Assembly: GCA_051251915.1 (NCBI GenBank)
Contig: JBPOGF010000008.1
Coordinates: 32,001 to 96,000, forward strand
Length of the DNA: 64,000 nucleotides
Source: Akkermansiaceae bacterium
Lineage (GTDB): Bacteria; Verrucomicrobiota; Verrucomicrobiia; Verrucomicrobiales; Akkermansiaceae
Direction: 5' to 3'
The first letter of the stretch is position 1. Each line of letters starts with the position of its first letter. The notes under the pieces are model-generated. The model saw only the letters and a program-made list of their open reading frames with translations, was not told the origin of the DNA and made no database searches. This document shows positions 29,764 through 39,737 of the stretch, piece by piece. A program made the translations under genes and the position numbers.

Positions 29764-31578
29764 ATGAGCAAGCTTCATACACTGCCCGTAAAAAAATCAA
29801 TTGGAGGTCAAAAACGACGCTTCATTTTTGCGATCATAATGATACTCATCTTCAGCCTCCACGGACTAGGCCTAGGCTGGAAAGATTTCATCCCATCAGA
29901 TAAAGGCTTCGAGCTCTTCAATGAATTCTCCGCTGCTGCCCTAAGCCCAGCCACTGAATATCAAAGCACCGGCATCTCTGAAAGCGCCCCGCCCTATTAT
30001 CAAAAAGTCCTCAAATCCCTCTGGCTCACCCTCCAATACGCCACCTGCGCCATCAGCATAGCACTCCTCCTAGGCATCACCCTAGGCTTCTTCTGCACCA
30101 AGTCCTGGTGGCCACAGACCCGCAACTCCCTAGGCCTGCGCCCCCTCCTCATCATCATCCATCGCATAGCTCGCACGATCATCACCTTCGGCAGATCCAT
30201 CCATGAACTACTCTGGGCCTTACTTCTAATCACAGCCCTAGGAACCTCCCCATTCGCCGCCATCATGGCTCTAGCCATCCCCTACGGTTGCACCTTAGCG
30301 AAGGTATTTTCTGAAATCATCGATGAACAAAACACTAACAAAAGCAACTGCCTAAAAGCCCACGGCGCCCCCTCAGTCAGCGCCTGGATGTTTGGCATGA
30401 TCCCCAGCGCCATTCCAGACCTCCTCAGCTACACACTCTACCGCTACGAATGCGCCATCCGCTCCGCCGCCATTCTAGGCTTCGTAGGCATCACCACCAT
30501 TGGCTACCACATTGAAACCGCCTTCGCTGACGGTTACTATAATGAAATCTGGACACTACTCTACAGCCTACTCTTCCTCCTCATCATCATTGAAAACCTC
30601 AGCATCTACATCAGAAAAAAAATCAGCACCGCTCCAAAACCTAAAGACTCACCCACCACAACCACCGTCCACACCAGAGAAAAACACGTAGAACATCTCC
30701 GCAAACAAGTAGGCAGAAAATACTCCCTCTACATAATCACCGCAGCACTAGCCCTCCTAACCTTCATAGCCTGGAACACCGGTGAACCCATGCTATCTGA
30801 CCTCAGCAGCAAACAACGCGCAGCAAACATAGACCGCTTCCTCACCCAAGAAATCACCCCCTACCCAGTCCAACAATCCGGAAACTGGGCAGACGCCATC
30901 CCATGGGCAAAAGAGCTAATCCTCACCAAAGGTCTAGACGCTACACTCAAGACATTTTACATCGCCACAGCCGCCATCATTATCGCATTCCTCCTCGGAC
31001 TCGTCAGTATTCCATCCAGCGCCAAATCCCTCAACTCAGCAGACTACTTTGGAGTCTCACTCGGCCTATCAAAAACCAGATTATTCATAAGACGTACCAT
31101 CTCCCTATTCACCAAAGCTATTCTCATGATCACCAGATCCATGCCAGAATTCCTACTAGCCTACCTCCTACTCCAGATCCTCGGAGCCACCGCCTGGCCT
31201 CTCATCCTAGGGCTAGCACTACATAACTACGGAATCATCGGCAGATTAGGCGGAGAAATGCTAGACAACGCAGACCCCAGCAACGCAAAAGTCATCGTCA
31301 CCCACGGCGGAAACAGCAACCAACTTTACCTCTTCACCCTCCTCCCCAGCGTTTTCAACCGCCTCCTCCTCTACTTCTTCTACCGCTGGGAAACATGCAT
31401 CCGTGACGCCACAGTCATGGGCATGCTCGGCATCAGCTCACTAGGCTTCCTCATCGTCGATGCCTCAGCTAGAGATAATAAAGACGAAATGTTCTTCTAC
31501 ATCCTCCTCGGTGCATGCCTAGTAATGATCGGTGACATCGTCTCAGACATCATCAGAGCTCGCCTAAGAGCTACTTAG
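29764..31578 (+). CDS. PhnE/PtxC-like ABC permease with two fused permease domains
   Basis: Duplicated motifs RSIHEL/RSMPEF and YRYECAIR/YRWETCIR. Confidence 0.85.
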   Translation: MSKLHTLPVKKSIGGQKRRFIFAIIMILIFSLHGLGLGWKDFIPSDKGFELFNEFSAAALSPATEYQSTGISESAPPYYQKVLKSLWLTLQYATCAISIALLLGITLGFFCTKSWWPQTRNSLGLRPLLIIIHRIARTIITFGRSIHELLWALLLITALGTSPFAAIMALAIPYGCTLAKVFSEIIDEQNTNKSNCLKAHGAPSVSAWMFGMIPSAIPDLLSYTLYRYECAIRSAAILGFVGITTIGYHIETAFADGYYNEIWTLLYSLLFLLIIIENLSIYIRKKISTAPKPKDSPTTTTVHTREKHVEHLRKQVGRKYSLYIITAALALLTFIAWNTGEPMLSDLSSKQRAANIDRFLTQEITPYPVQQSGNWADAIPWAKELILTKGLDATLKTFYIATAAIIIAFLLGLVSIPSSAKSLNSADYFGVSLGLSKTRLFIRRTISLFTKAILMITRSMPEFLLAYLLLQILGATAWPLILGLALHNYGIIGRLGGEMLDNADPSNAKVIVTHGGNSNQLYLFTLLPSVFNRLLLYFFYRWETCIRDATVMGMLGISSLGFLIVDASARDNKDEMFFYILLGACLVMIGDIVSDIIRARLRAT

Positions 31579-32614
31579 CAACCTGCTGTAATTTGTGCAG
31601 CCGATCCAGCGCCAGTCCGTCATCAATAAGCTCGCCTGCCTTCTTCACACCATCCGCTAGACTATCCACCAGCCCAGCACACGCCAAACCCGCCCCTGCA
31701 TTAAGCAACACCATTTGACGTTTGGGACCTCGCTCTTTTCCTGAAAGAATATCCGTTAGTATCTGAGCATTAAGCTCAGCATCTCCACCCACGAGATCGG
31801 CAACCTCACATTGATCAAGACCCAAATCAGCTGGCAACACAGTCTCATCAACTAAATCCTGGTAAGCCCCAGACTTATAGATGTGCGATTCTCCCATCAG
31901 ACTCAACTCATCAACAGTAGCACCCTCAGCCGTTTTCCCCAGCACAACCCAAGCGCTATCGCGTCCCAGACGTTGCAAAATATCAGCATACACTTGCGCC
32001 AATCCTTCATTACAAATCCCCACCAACTGGCACTCAGGCTTAGCCGGATTAAGCAACGGCCCAATCAAATTGAAAATCGTCCGTATCCCCTCGTCCGCCA
32101 ACTTCTTCCGAACCGGTGCTATCACCTTAAACGCAGGATGATAAGCAGGAGCATACATGAACCCCACACCAGCCTCACTCAAACATTCACGGAACTTCTC
32201 CTGAGAAATCTCCAACTTCACCCCCAGCGCCTCCAGCACATCAGCTCCACCACTCTTAGAAGTAATTCCACGGTTCCCATGCTTCACCACCACCGCTCCA
32301 CCCGCCGCAATGACGAACATGCTAGTCGTAGATACATTAAATAAATCCAACTTATCACCCCCAGTCCCACAAACATCAATAGTAGGACCATCAAACTCCA
32401 TCTTGCCAACCTCTGGATCTACCGCACGCTCAAGGCACGCCTGAACAAAATAAGTGATCTCCGTAGCCGTCTCCCCTTTTTCAGTAAGACTCCTCAAGAA
32501 ATCCCCCTTCTTATCATTGCAGATCGACTCATCTAGCAGCATCTCAACTGCTACATACACCTCTCTCTCACTGAGTTCCTTGCCTGCTTGTAAATGTTTG
32601 CTTAGCGTGTCCAT
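31571..32614 (-). CDS. trpD: Anthranilate phosphoribosyltransferase
   Basis: DVCGTGGD, FNVST, KHGNR.ITSKSGGADVLEALG, RTIFN.IGPL.NP. Confidence 0.96.
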   Translation of the reverse strand: MDTLSKHLQAGKELSEREVYVAVEMLLDESICNDKKGDFLRSLTEKGETATEITYFVQACLERAVDPEVGKMEFDGPTIDVCGTGGDKLDLFNVSTTSMFVIAAGGAVVVKHGNRGITSKSGGADVLEALGVKLEISQEKFRECLSEAGVGFMYAPAYHPAFKVIAPVRKKLADEGIRTIFNLIGPLLNPAKPECQLVGICNEGLAQVYADILQRLGRDSAWVVLGKTAEGATVDELSLMGESHIYKSGAYQDLVDETVLPADLGLDQCEVADLVGGDAELNAQILTDILSGKERGPKRQMVLLNAGAGLACAGLVDSLADGVKKAGELIDDGLALDRLHKLQQVAK

Positions 32615-32748
32615 TGCACCGCATAGCATAACAATATTTCACTAGGTAATGCCAGAACTTTAAGCGAACTTTCCAGTCTCACAGAAAAAGTCTCAAAATT
32701 TCAGAATTCTAACTGGACGAATCGATATTCCTCCCTACATTCCCCTCC

Positions 32749-32862
32749 ATGAAGTCATGTCTAGCTATGATCATTATCCTACTCCTCTTCGCCGGGTTCA
32801 TCGGCACAGTGGCGGTAATGTATTTTGCCAGCTCCAGCACAGAGATCGAGAGCGCCCAGTAG
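32749..32862 (+). CDS. Small 37-aa single-pass membrane protein (not in ORF track)
   Basis: MKSCLAMIIILLLFAGFIGTVAVMYFASSSTEIESAQ*; -10 TACATT 7 nt before ATG and -35-like TGGACG. Confidence 0.6.
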   Translation: MKSCLAMIIILLLFAGFIGTVAVMYFASSSTEIESAQ

Positions 32863-33051
32863 CTCTTTCACGAATCACTGTGCTTTAGAACTATAGACTT
32901 AAGACGCGTGTTCCACCTCTAGGAATTCACCTCTTCTCAGCCACTGATAGGCCAGTTAACAGCACGACAAAACAGCTGTATCAAACCATCAATATCTTCA
33001 CAGCTGATCTTGACCTATCTCGTTTCCTCTCGCATACTATGATTATAAATC

Positions 33052-34896
33052 ATGATTGAATCAAAATTATCAGCCATTTTAAAACCCTGTGCCATCATCA
33101 ATGGACTACTCGCCTCCCTCACCCCACTCTACGCCCAAGATGCCGTAGCTGTAGAAGAAGCCGAACCAGCACCAGTAGTCGAAGAAGTAAAAAACCAACC
33201 TAACGTAATCCTCATCATGAGCGATGACCAAGGATGGGGAGATTTCGGCACCCACGGCAACACCGTCATAGAAACCCCTCACCTCAACCAACTCGCTAAA
33301 AATAGCGTGAGCTGGGAGAACTTCTACGTCAGCCCAGTATGCTCCCCCACCAGAGCATCACTCATGACAGGCAGATACAATCAACGCACCAAATCACTAG
33401 ACACCTACCTCGGCAGGTCCATGATGGCCACCGATGAAGTAACAGTCGCAGAAGCCCTCAAAGGCGCAGGTTACGCTACCGGTATTTTTGGAAAATGGCA
33501 CCTCGGAGACAACTATCCCATGCGCCCGTCAGACCAAGGATTTGAGTATTCATTCATCCACAAAGGAGGCGGACTCGGCCAGCCATCAGACCCTATAGAA
33601 AACGAGAAACGATACACAGACCCCATCTTATTTAGAAATAACTCAGAAGTAACCACCAAAGGATACTGCACCGATCTCTACTTTGATGAAGCCATCAAAT
33701 TCATCGCAGACTCAGTCATCGCCCAGCGCCCATTCTTCGCCTACATCGCCACCAATGCTCCACACGGTCCATTCGGTGACGTTCCTCAGGAATTGTTAGA
33801 TTACTACAAAGCAAAAGATATCCCATCCATACTACCAGAAGCACTAAAGGGCGATGCCAAGCTCATCGATAAAGTACAACGCGTAGCAGCCATGATCACC
33901 AATCTCGATCAAAACGTTGGCAAACTCGTCAACATGCTCGAAACCAACAAACTATTAGAAAACACCCTCATTATCTACCTCAACGACAACGGCCCTAACA
34001 CCCAGCGATTCACAGGGAAATTCCGCGGCATCAAATCCAACGTTCATGAAGGTGGAGTACGCTCACCACTTTGGATGCACTGGCCAGCAAAATTTAAATC
34101 CAGCAAAGTCATCACTTCAAATCTAGCAGCCCACATTGACATCATGCCCACCATCATGGATGCATGCGAACTAGGAGTCCCAGACGCCTTCGCTTTCGAC
34201 GGCAGAAGCCTGTTAGACAAATCCATCGATGCCAGCACAGACCTAGCACCCCGCCCCATCATTATCCAGGCTCACCGCGGCGCAAGCTTAGACCGCTATC
34301 ACAACTTCATGATCCGCGACAAACAATGGAAACTTTCAAACGATTCTGGATTCAGCAACACCAGACTCGAAGAAGAAAAGCCATTTGAACTCTACGACCT
34401 ACTCAAGGATCCAGGTGAAACAACCAACCTCGCCACAGAATATCCAGATGAAGTAAAACGACTCACCGACCTCTATGACGCTTGGTATGATGACGTCACC
34501 CTCACCCGTATCAGAGACAAAGGCATCCCAGACATCATCGTCGACAAAGAACAAGAAAACCCGCTAGTCCTCACTTGGCAGGAAAGAATTTCCCAGAACT
34601 GGGGCACCGAGTTTGATGGATTCTGGAAACTATTCTTCCCCACCAAGACCCGCGCCGATGTCATCATATACGCCGCCCCAGAAAGCCGAATGAAAGACCC
34701 AAAACTCACCGGATTCACCCCAGTCCTCCAAATCGGAACCGAGATCTATAAAGGCAAAACACTTTCAGATGAAAGAACCTCACTCTTCGAAGGCATCAAC
34801 ATCCCAAAAGGAAAACTCAACGTCCAAGCCATGTTCATCTCCCAAGACGAAACCCAAGAGTCCCACGCCTACCAAATACGCATTATTCATAGATAA
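33052..34896 (+). CDS. Arylsulfatase (formylglycine-dependent, Cys type)
   Basis: PNVILIMSDDQG, CSPTRASLMTG, GKWHLG, DNG, EGGVRSP, ELYDL..DPGE. Confidence 0.93.
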   Translation: MIESKLSAILKPCAIINGLLASLTPLYAQDAVAVEEAEPAPVVEEVKNQPNVILIMSDDQGWGDFGTHGNTVIETPHLNQLAKNSVSWENFYVSPVCSPTRASLMTGRYNQRTKSLDTYLGRSMMATDEVTVAEALKGAGYATGIFGKWHLGDNYPMRPSDQGFEYSFIHKGGGLGQPSDPIENEKRYTDPILFRNNSEVTTKGYCTDLYFDEAIKFIADSVIAQRPFFAYIATNAPHGPFGDVPQELLDYYKAKDIPSILPEALKGDAKLIDKVQRVAAMITNLDQNVGKLVNMLETNKLLENTLIIYLNDNGPNTQRFTGKFRGIKSNVHEGGVRSPLWMHWPAKFKSSKVITSNLAAHIDIMPTIMDACELGVPDAFAFDGRSLLDKSIDASTDLAPRPIIIQAHRGASLDRYHNFMIRDKQWKLSNDSGFSNTRLEEEKPFELYDLLKDPGETTNLATEYPDEVKRLTDLYDAWYDDVTLTRIRDKGIPDIIVDKEQENPLVLTWQERISQNWGTEFDGFWKLFFPTKTRADVIIYAAPESRMKDPKLTGFTPVLQIGTEIYKGKTLSDERTSLFEGINIPKGKLNVQAMFISQDETQESHAYQIRIIHR

Positions 34897-34908
34897 GCCA
34901 AGGAGCTA

Positions 34909-35136
34909 TCAGTCATAACCGATAGACTCCGTAGGACAACTTTTGTAAGCTTCTAATGCAAGTGCTATCTCTTTCTCCGTCTCTGGTTGTCGCCAAACAT
35001 AACTTAAGCCCTCGTCATCATCGCGGCTAAACACACTAGGGGCTATCTCTCTACACAAATCGCAGTCTATACAACTACAGTCATTATAAAATCTACCTTC
35101 CACATTCAGTGGGTTTATTTCTTCTCTATCAGCCAT
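34909..35136 (-). CDS. Ferredoxin (Fer4_13-like)
   Basis: From MADREE (ATG 35136): CIDCDLC...AP..F ... CPTESIG; -10 TATGAT 7 nt upstream. Confidence 0.88.
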   Translation of the reverse strand: MADREEINPLNVEGRFYNDCSCIDCDLCREIAPSVFSRDDDEGLSYVWRQPETEKEIALALEAYKSCPTESIGYD

Positions 35137-35169
35137 GATTGAAATCATACCTACTCTTCCAAAATTGAC

Positions 35170-35212
35170 AAATTCATGAATATCGGATATTAATTCCAAA
35201 AATTCATGAATA
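35170..35212. promoter_or_regulatory. Duplicated palindromic operator AAATTCATGAATA in the ferredoxin/LysR divergent promoter
   Basis: Identical 13-mers at 35170-35182 and 35200-35212; TTGACA-17-TATTAA promoter at 35165-35193. Confidence 0.55.
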
Positions 35213-36111
35213 GACAACAACAACCTAAAATAAACCTGCAAGACCTCCACATTCTCCACCTAATTCATCACCATCAAAGCATCACAGCCGCCGCTAAAGC
35301 CATACAGCTAACCCAAAGCGCGCTCTCAAAAAAACTCCAATCGATTGAACAAGACCTAGGAATCCAACTATTCCACCGCACCACCAGAACACTCTCCACC
35401 ACCCCTGCTGGCAAACAACTACTCAAAGACACAGCTCCCATCCCAAACATCCTCAACTCAGCTCTCCAGAGAATCTCAGAAGAGTTCTTACACACACAGA
35501 AAAAAATCAACATCGGAGTTTCCCACTCCCTATCTTTAGCCCACCTCCCTGGTATTTTTCAGCCACAATCCATCCAGCACCCCGATGTCAAAACCATCAT
35601 ATCACAACTCACCAGAAAAGATCTCATCAACAAAATATCCACCAACCAACTCGACCTAGGAATCCTCACCCACCAACACAAACTAAAATCCACCGTCCAG
35701 ATCCACCATCAGATGCTAGACACATTCTGCATCATCCTCCCCGCAAATAAATCTGCACCATCCCTCAAAATCAAACATTTCCAACAGTGGGTTCACCAAC
35801 AATCATGGATTCTCCCACCATTAAACTCCCCATCCAGAATCATCATCGATCAATGGCTCAATCATAAAAACATCCAGCTTTCCCCTACCATGGAATTAGA
35901 AAACTTCGACCTAATGTGCCAACTCACAGCACTAAACATGGGAATATCATTTATACCAAAACGCGCTCTCACAGCATTCCCACGTAAAAGACAACTCCAG
36001 CATCTAACCTTAGAGACTCCCCCCGCAAGAACTCTGAGCGTAATAGGTCCTAAAAACACAATCGTCGCAGATCACATAAAAACTTTCACCAAATCCATAC
36101 TATTCTCCTAA
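35206..36111 (+). CDS. LysR family transcriptional regulator
   Basis: SITAAA..IQLTQSALSKKLQ.IE..LG..LF.R; 301 aa. Confidence 0.92.
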   Translation: MNRQQQPKINLQDLHILHLIHHHQSITAAAKAIQLTQSALSKKLQSIEQDLGIQLFHRTTRTLSTTPAGKQLLKDTAPIPNILNSALQRISEEFLHTQKKINIGVSHSLSLAHLPGIFQPQSIQHPDVKTIISQLTRKDLINKISTNQLDLGILTHQHKLKSTVQIHHQMLDTFCIILPANKSAPSLKIKHFQQWVHQQSWILPPLNSPSRIIIDQWLNHKNIQLSPTMELENFDLMCQLTALNMGISFIPKRALTAFPRKRQLQHLTLETPPARTLSVIGPKNTIVADHIKTFTKSILFS

Positions 36112-36168
36112 AAAACAACAGTCGTAAGGCTTGATTTATTAAGATCAGCTCTCTACACCATCTAAGCG

Positions 36169-37545
36169 ATGCCTAAAGTATTTATCAAAACCTACGGATG
36201 CCAAATGAATGAACGCGATTCTGAGCAGGTTGCTCGGATGTTTTCTGAAGGTGGCTACACGATCACTAAAGACGAGTTTGACGCTGACGCCATCCTCGTC
36301 AACACCTGCTCTGTCCGTGATCAAGCAGAACAAAAGGCACTAGGTAAAATGGGCCACATGGGCAAACACCGCGCGCGTAAACCACACGTCGTTTACGGTT
36401 TCATGGGCTGCATGGCCCAGAGCCGTGGCGCAGAACTCTTTGATAATGTTCCCCACCTCGACGTCGTAGTAGGTACCCAGAAATACCACAAAGTTTTCGA
36501 GTATGTAAACGACATCCTCAGCAAAAGACTAGAACGTAGAATGGATGATATTGAACTCTCCATGATCGGCGACAATGTCTGCGACACCGACGAAGAACTA
36601 GATTCTCAAAACACCATCAAAGATCACGTCGATGAAGAAACCGGCCCAGCCACCTTCGTCTCCATCATGCAAGGATGTAATATGAAGTGCTCCTACTGCA
36701 TTGTCCCAGACACCCGTGGCCGCGAGCGAGGCAGACCTATTTCCAGCATCATCGATGAAGTCAAAAAGCTCAGAGACAAAGGCGTAGTAGAAGTCACCCT
36801 CCTCGGACAAATCGTCAACCTCTACGGCAGAACAGAATTTCCTAAAGTCGATGGTAAATCACCCTTCGTTCAACTACTAGAAGCAGTACATGAAATCGAT
36901 GGCATTGAGCGCATCCGTTTCACATCACCGCACCCTATTGGCTACAGAGATGACCTCATCAATGCCTTCACCTATCTACCCAAGCTTTGCTCCCACATTC
37001 ACTTCCCTATGCAAAGCGGTAGTGACCGCATTCTCAAACGCATGCGTAGACCGTATAAAAACGAGAAGTTCATCGAGATCTGTAACAAGATGAAAGCAGC
37101 CCGCAAAGATCTAGCCATCACCACAGACGTCATCGTCGGCTACCCAGGCGAAACCGAGGAAGACTACCTCATGACCAAGGAAACCATGCGCGACATCGGC
37201 TTTGATAATGCCTTCGTCTTCCGCTACTCCCAGCGTCGTAATACCCCAGCAGCTGATATGTTAGATCAAATTGCTGAAACAGTAAAAGAAGAACGTAACC
37301 AAGACCTTCTCGCCATGGTGAACCAAATCGCCATCGACAAAAACGAACTCCAAGTCGGCACCATTCAAGAAGTCCTCTGCACAGGCGGCTCTAAAAAAGA
37401 TCCCAACAGAATGACCAGCAGAACTAGTCAGAACAAAATCGTCATCTTCGATGGCAAAGCCGAGCGCATGAGCGGAAAGATCCTTCCTATTAAAATAGAA
37501 CGCTCATCAGGCTTCACCCTCTTCGGCACTCCCGTGATCCATTAA
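36169..37545 (+). CDS. miaB: tRNA i6A37 methylthiotransferase MiaB
   Basis: TYGCQMNERDSE, NTCSVR..AEQK, GCMAQ, radical SAM CNMKCSYC.VP..RG, C-terminal TRAM. Confidence 0.96.
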   Translation: MPKVFIKTYGCQMNERDSEQVARMFSEGGYTITKDEFDADAILVNTCSVRDQAEQKALGKMGHMGKHRARKPHVVYGFMGCMAQSRGAELFDNVPHLDVVVGTQKYHKVFEYVNDILSKRLERRMDDIELSMIGDNVCDTDEELDSQNTIKDHVDEETGPATFVSIMQGCNMKCSYCIVPDTRGRERGRPISSIIDEVKKLRDKGVVEVTLLGQIVNLYGRTEFPKVDGKSPFVQLLEAVHEIDGIERIRFTSPHPIGYRDDLINAFTYLPKLCSHIHFPMQSGSDRILKRMRRPYKNEKFIEICNKMKAARKDLAITTDVIVGYPGETEEDYLMTKETMRDIGFDNAFVFRYSQRRNTPAADMLDQIAETVKEERNQDLLAMVNQIAIDKNELQVGTIQEVLCTGGSKKDPNRMTSRTSQNKIVIFDGKAERMSGKILPIKIERSSGFTLFGTPVIH

Positions 37546-37949
37546 AGATCAAGTCTATAGCTCCATTTTGGACTAATTTTGCACTTTAGTTAGCTTTTTC
37601 TAACTAAATATTCGCCGTTTATTGATAAATTTTCGGCTCGTTTTACGTTACAAAAATGTACCGTAATTATAATCGTCATTTTAATCTAAACTATCGTTTA
37701 ATTTGTGTAATTGATATCACGTAAAAAAACTCATCAAAACAACGTATTATCAACAACATATGGCTAATATCTCAAATAACACAAAAAAGTGTGAACAAAT
37801 TATGCTTCTCAAGCATCTTATTTAGTGAAGGCAGCGTTATATACAATGTGATCACATTTTTTAGACAAATGAGACATGACAGTATCGCTAAACAAATAAG
37901 GAGGAGATCATAGAGATAACTTCCTACAAAAATAGAAAGAAACCATAAC

Positions 37950-38807
37950 ATGACACCTAACGATAACAACAACAGCCTAAGAATCTATCTCCGTGAGATA
38001 GCCAAGACAGAGCTTCTCACTCGTGAGCAAGAGGTCGAACTCGCTGCCAAAATCAAGAAAGGCGACAAGCAAGCTCGATCACTCATGATACGAGCGAACC
38101 TACGCCTAGTGGTGAAAATAGCTCAAGATTATGCCAACTACGGTCTACCTCTTTCAGATCTCATTTCGGAAGGCAATATCGGCCTCATGAAAGCAGTGGA
38201 AAGGTTTGACCCTGAAAAAGGTGGCAAACTCAGTACCTACGGATCATGGTGGATTAAGCAATCTATCAAGAGAGCACTTGCGAACCAAAGCAAGACGATT
38301 CGCCTACCAGTCCACATGGTAGACAAAATTTCCAGAATGCGCAGAATTTCTAACATGCTAGCTGAAGCGCTAGGCCGCGAGCCTACAGACTCCGAGCTAG
38401 CTGAAGAACTAGGCATTCCTCGTAACAAACTAGCCATGCTCAAGCAGGCATCTCAGCGCCCAGCCTCACTCGATGCTCCCATCGGTGATGATGACAGCTC
38501 AGATTACAGCGAGATCATCGGCGACGAAAAAGCACTAGACCCTGCTCTAGCCTTGCAAAGTAAGAATATGCATAACCAGTTGGATGATCTCCTAGACAAC
38601 CTCGATGAACGCGAAACTCGCATCATTGGAGCACGTTTCGGACTCGACGGACAAAAGCCGCTCACACTCGAAGAAATTGGAGTAGAATTCGGTGTAACTC
38701 GCGAGAGAATCAGACAGCTACAAAATGTTGCGCTTGCCAAGATGCGTAAAAGTTTGCGAAAAAAAGATCAACCACTGCCACCTGCTCTTTCGGGAGAACT
38801 GGCATAG
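37950..38807 (+). CDS. RNA polymerase sigma70 factor, RpoD/SigA family (short, no region 1.1)
   Basis: YLREI, ANLRLVV.IA, DLISEGNIGLMKAVERFDP, WWIKQ, IRLPVH, TLEEIG..TRERIRQ. Confidence 0.93.
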   Translation: MTPNDNNNSLRIYLREIAKTELLTREQEVELAAKIKKGDKQARSLMIRANLRLVVKIAQDYANYGLPLSDLISEGNIGLMKAVERFDPEKGGKLSTYGSWWIKQSIKRALANQSKTIRLPVHMVDKISRMRRISNMLAEALGREPTDSELAEELGIPRNKLAMLKQASQRPASLDAPIGDDDSSDYSEIIGDEKALDPALALQSKNMHNQLDDLLDNLDERETRIIGARFGLDGQKPLTLEEIGVEFGVTRERIRQLQNVALAKMRKSLRKKDQPLPPALSGELA

Positions 38808-38849
38808 GTTAATAAGTTTCAATCCATAGCGATTGGGATCGTAGGTGTG

Positions 38850-38881
38850 AAGAGCGGTGGACATTGTCTGCCGCTCTTTTT
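38850..38881 (+). terminator. Intrinsic terminator after the sigma factor gene
   Basis: AAGAGCGGTGGAC-ATT-GTCTGCCGCTCTT followed by a T run. Confidence 0.8.
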
Positions 38882-38899
38882 CCTTTTAAACAATATTCG

Positions 38900-39733
38900 T
38901 TAGACCATATCAGCAATCTTCAGCATATCACCAGCCACATACTCAGCATTCTTACTACCAAGAACATGGTCCATGGACGCAGCTAATATGATCACCCCGC
39001 GTGTAGATTTCACAGAAATAAATTCAAGGTATTCTCTCGCAGAAATTTTGAGACGTATATTTCCAAATTCCCTCTCCTGAGTTCGCATCAGCTTCGTTCC
39101 CATCATCGCATCCACTACAAATGCCACCAAGTTCTCGTTTTTCAAACTAGAATATAAAACATCCCCATCACGATCAATCACACAGATCCCCTTCGCTTTC
39201 ACCGTACTCGCAAGTTGCTTATCGATCTGTTCAAAGGTTCCTAACTCTTTCTCAGGATGCACTGTAGTTAACTTGACCTTAGCCCTGCCTTCCACATTCA
39301 CAGGCACAACATTGAGACTATGATCACCAGTTGCTGGTAACTTCGCTATATACTCATCTTCAGACTTACTCACCTCTCTAGCCGACTCCACAACCTTAGA
39401 TTCCTCTTTCTCTTTTACAGCTTCAACTGCAACCTCAGCCTCCCCCCCTTTGATAATCTCAGAGACCTCAGACTTCTTACCACCCAGCAACCCTGCAGAT
39501 GCAGCCATCGCACTAGCTCCAGCTAGTGAACTGGACTTAATGTCTTTAACTGCTTGAGCTATATCTTCTTCCTTCTCCACTAACTGCTTGGTAATTTCCC
39601 CCTGCTTCTCCGGAATAGCGAAACCGTCAAAATTATTATCTCTCCACTCCTTCGACACCTCTGGACTAGCAGCCAAATCCTCAGCCAACTTGCGCACCTC
39701 GTCTTCGTTTATCCATGAGTTTATTGAATCCAT
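38900..39733 (-). CDS. Hypothetical protein: acidic low-complexity N-terminal region plus C-terminal Roadblock/LC7-like domain
   Basis: KGICVIDRDGDVLYS and a helix-b-b-helix-b-b-b-helix pattern in the last about 115 aa; starts 4 nt after the parA stop. Confidence 0.55.
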   Translation of the reverse strand: MDSINSWINEDEVRKLAEDLAASPEVSKEWRDNNFDGFAIPEKQGEITKQLVEKEEDIAQAVKDIKSSSLAGASAMAASAGLLGGKKSEVSEIIKGGEAEVAVEAVKEKEESKVVESAREVSKSEDEYIAKLPATGDHSLNVVPVNVEGRAKVKLTTVHPEKELGTFEQIDKQLASTVKAKGICVIDRDGDVLYSSLKNENLVAFVVDAMMGTKLMRTQEREFGNIRLKISAREYLEFISVKSTRGVIILAASMDHVLGSKNAEYVAGDMLKIADMV

Positions 39734-39737
39734 TATC

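Noticed and set aside
32863..33051. Possible tRNA-Sec (selC) or other RNA gene in the larger intergenic gaps
   Set aside because: No cloverleaf, TpsiC motif or UCA anticodon arm found by eye here or in the other gaps; a tRNAscan-SE/Infernal run would be decisive.
37772..37972. 66-aa hydrophobic minus-strand ORF, and a 14-codon uORF near 37869
   Set aside because: The former overlaps the sigma factor start in AT-rich DNA; neither has supporting signals or recognisable homology.
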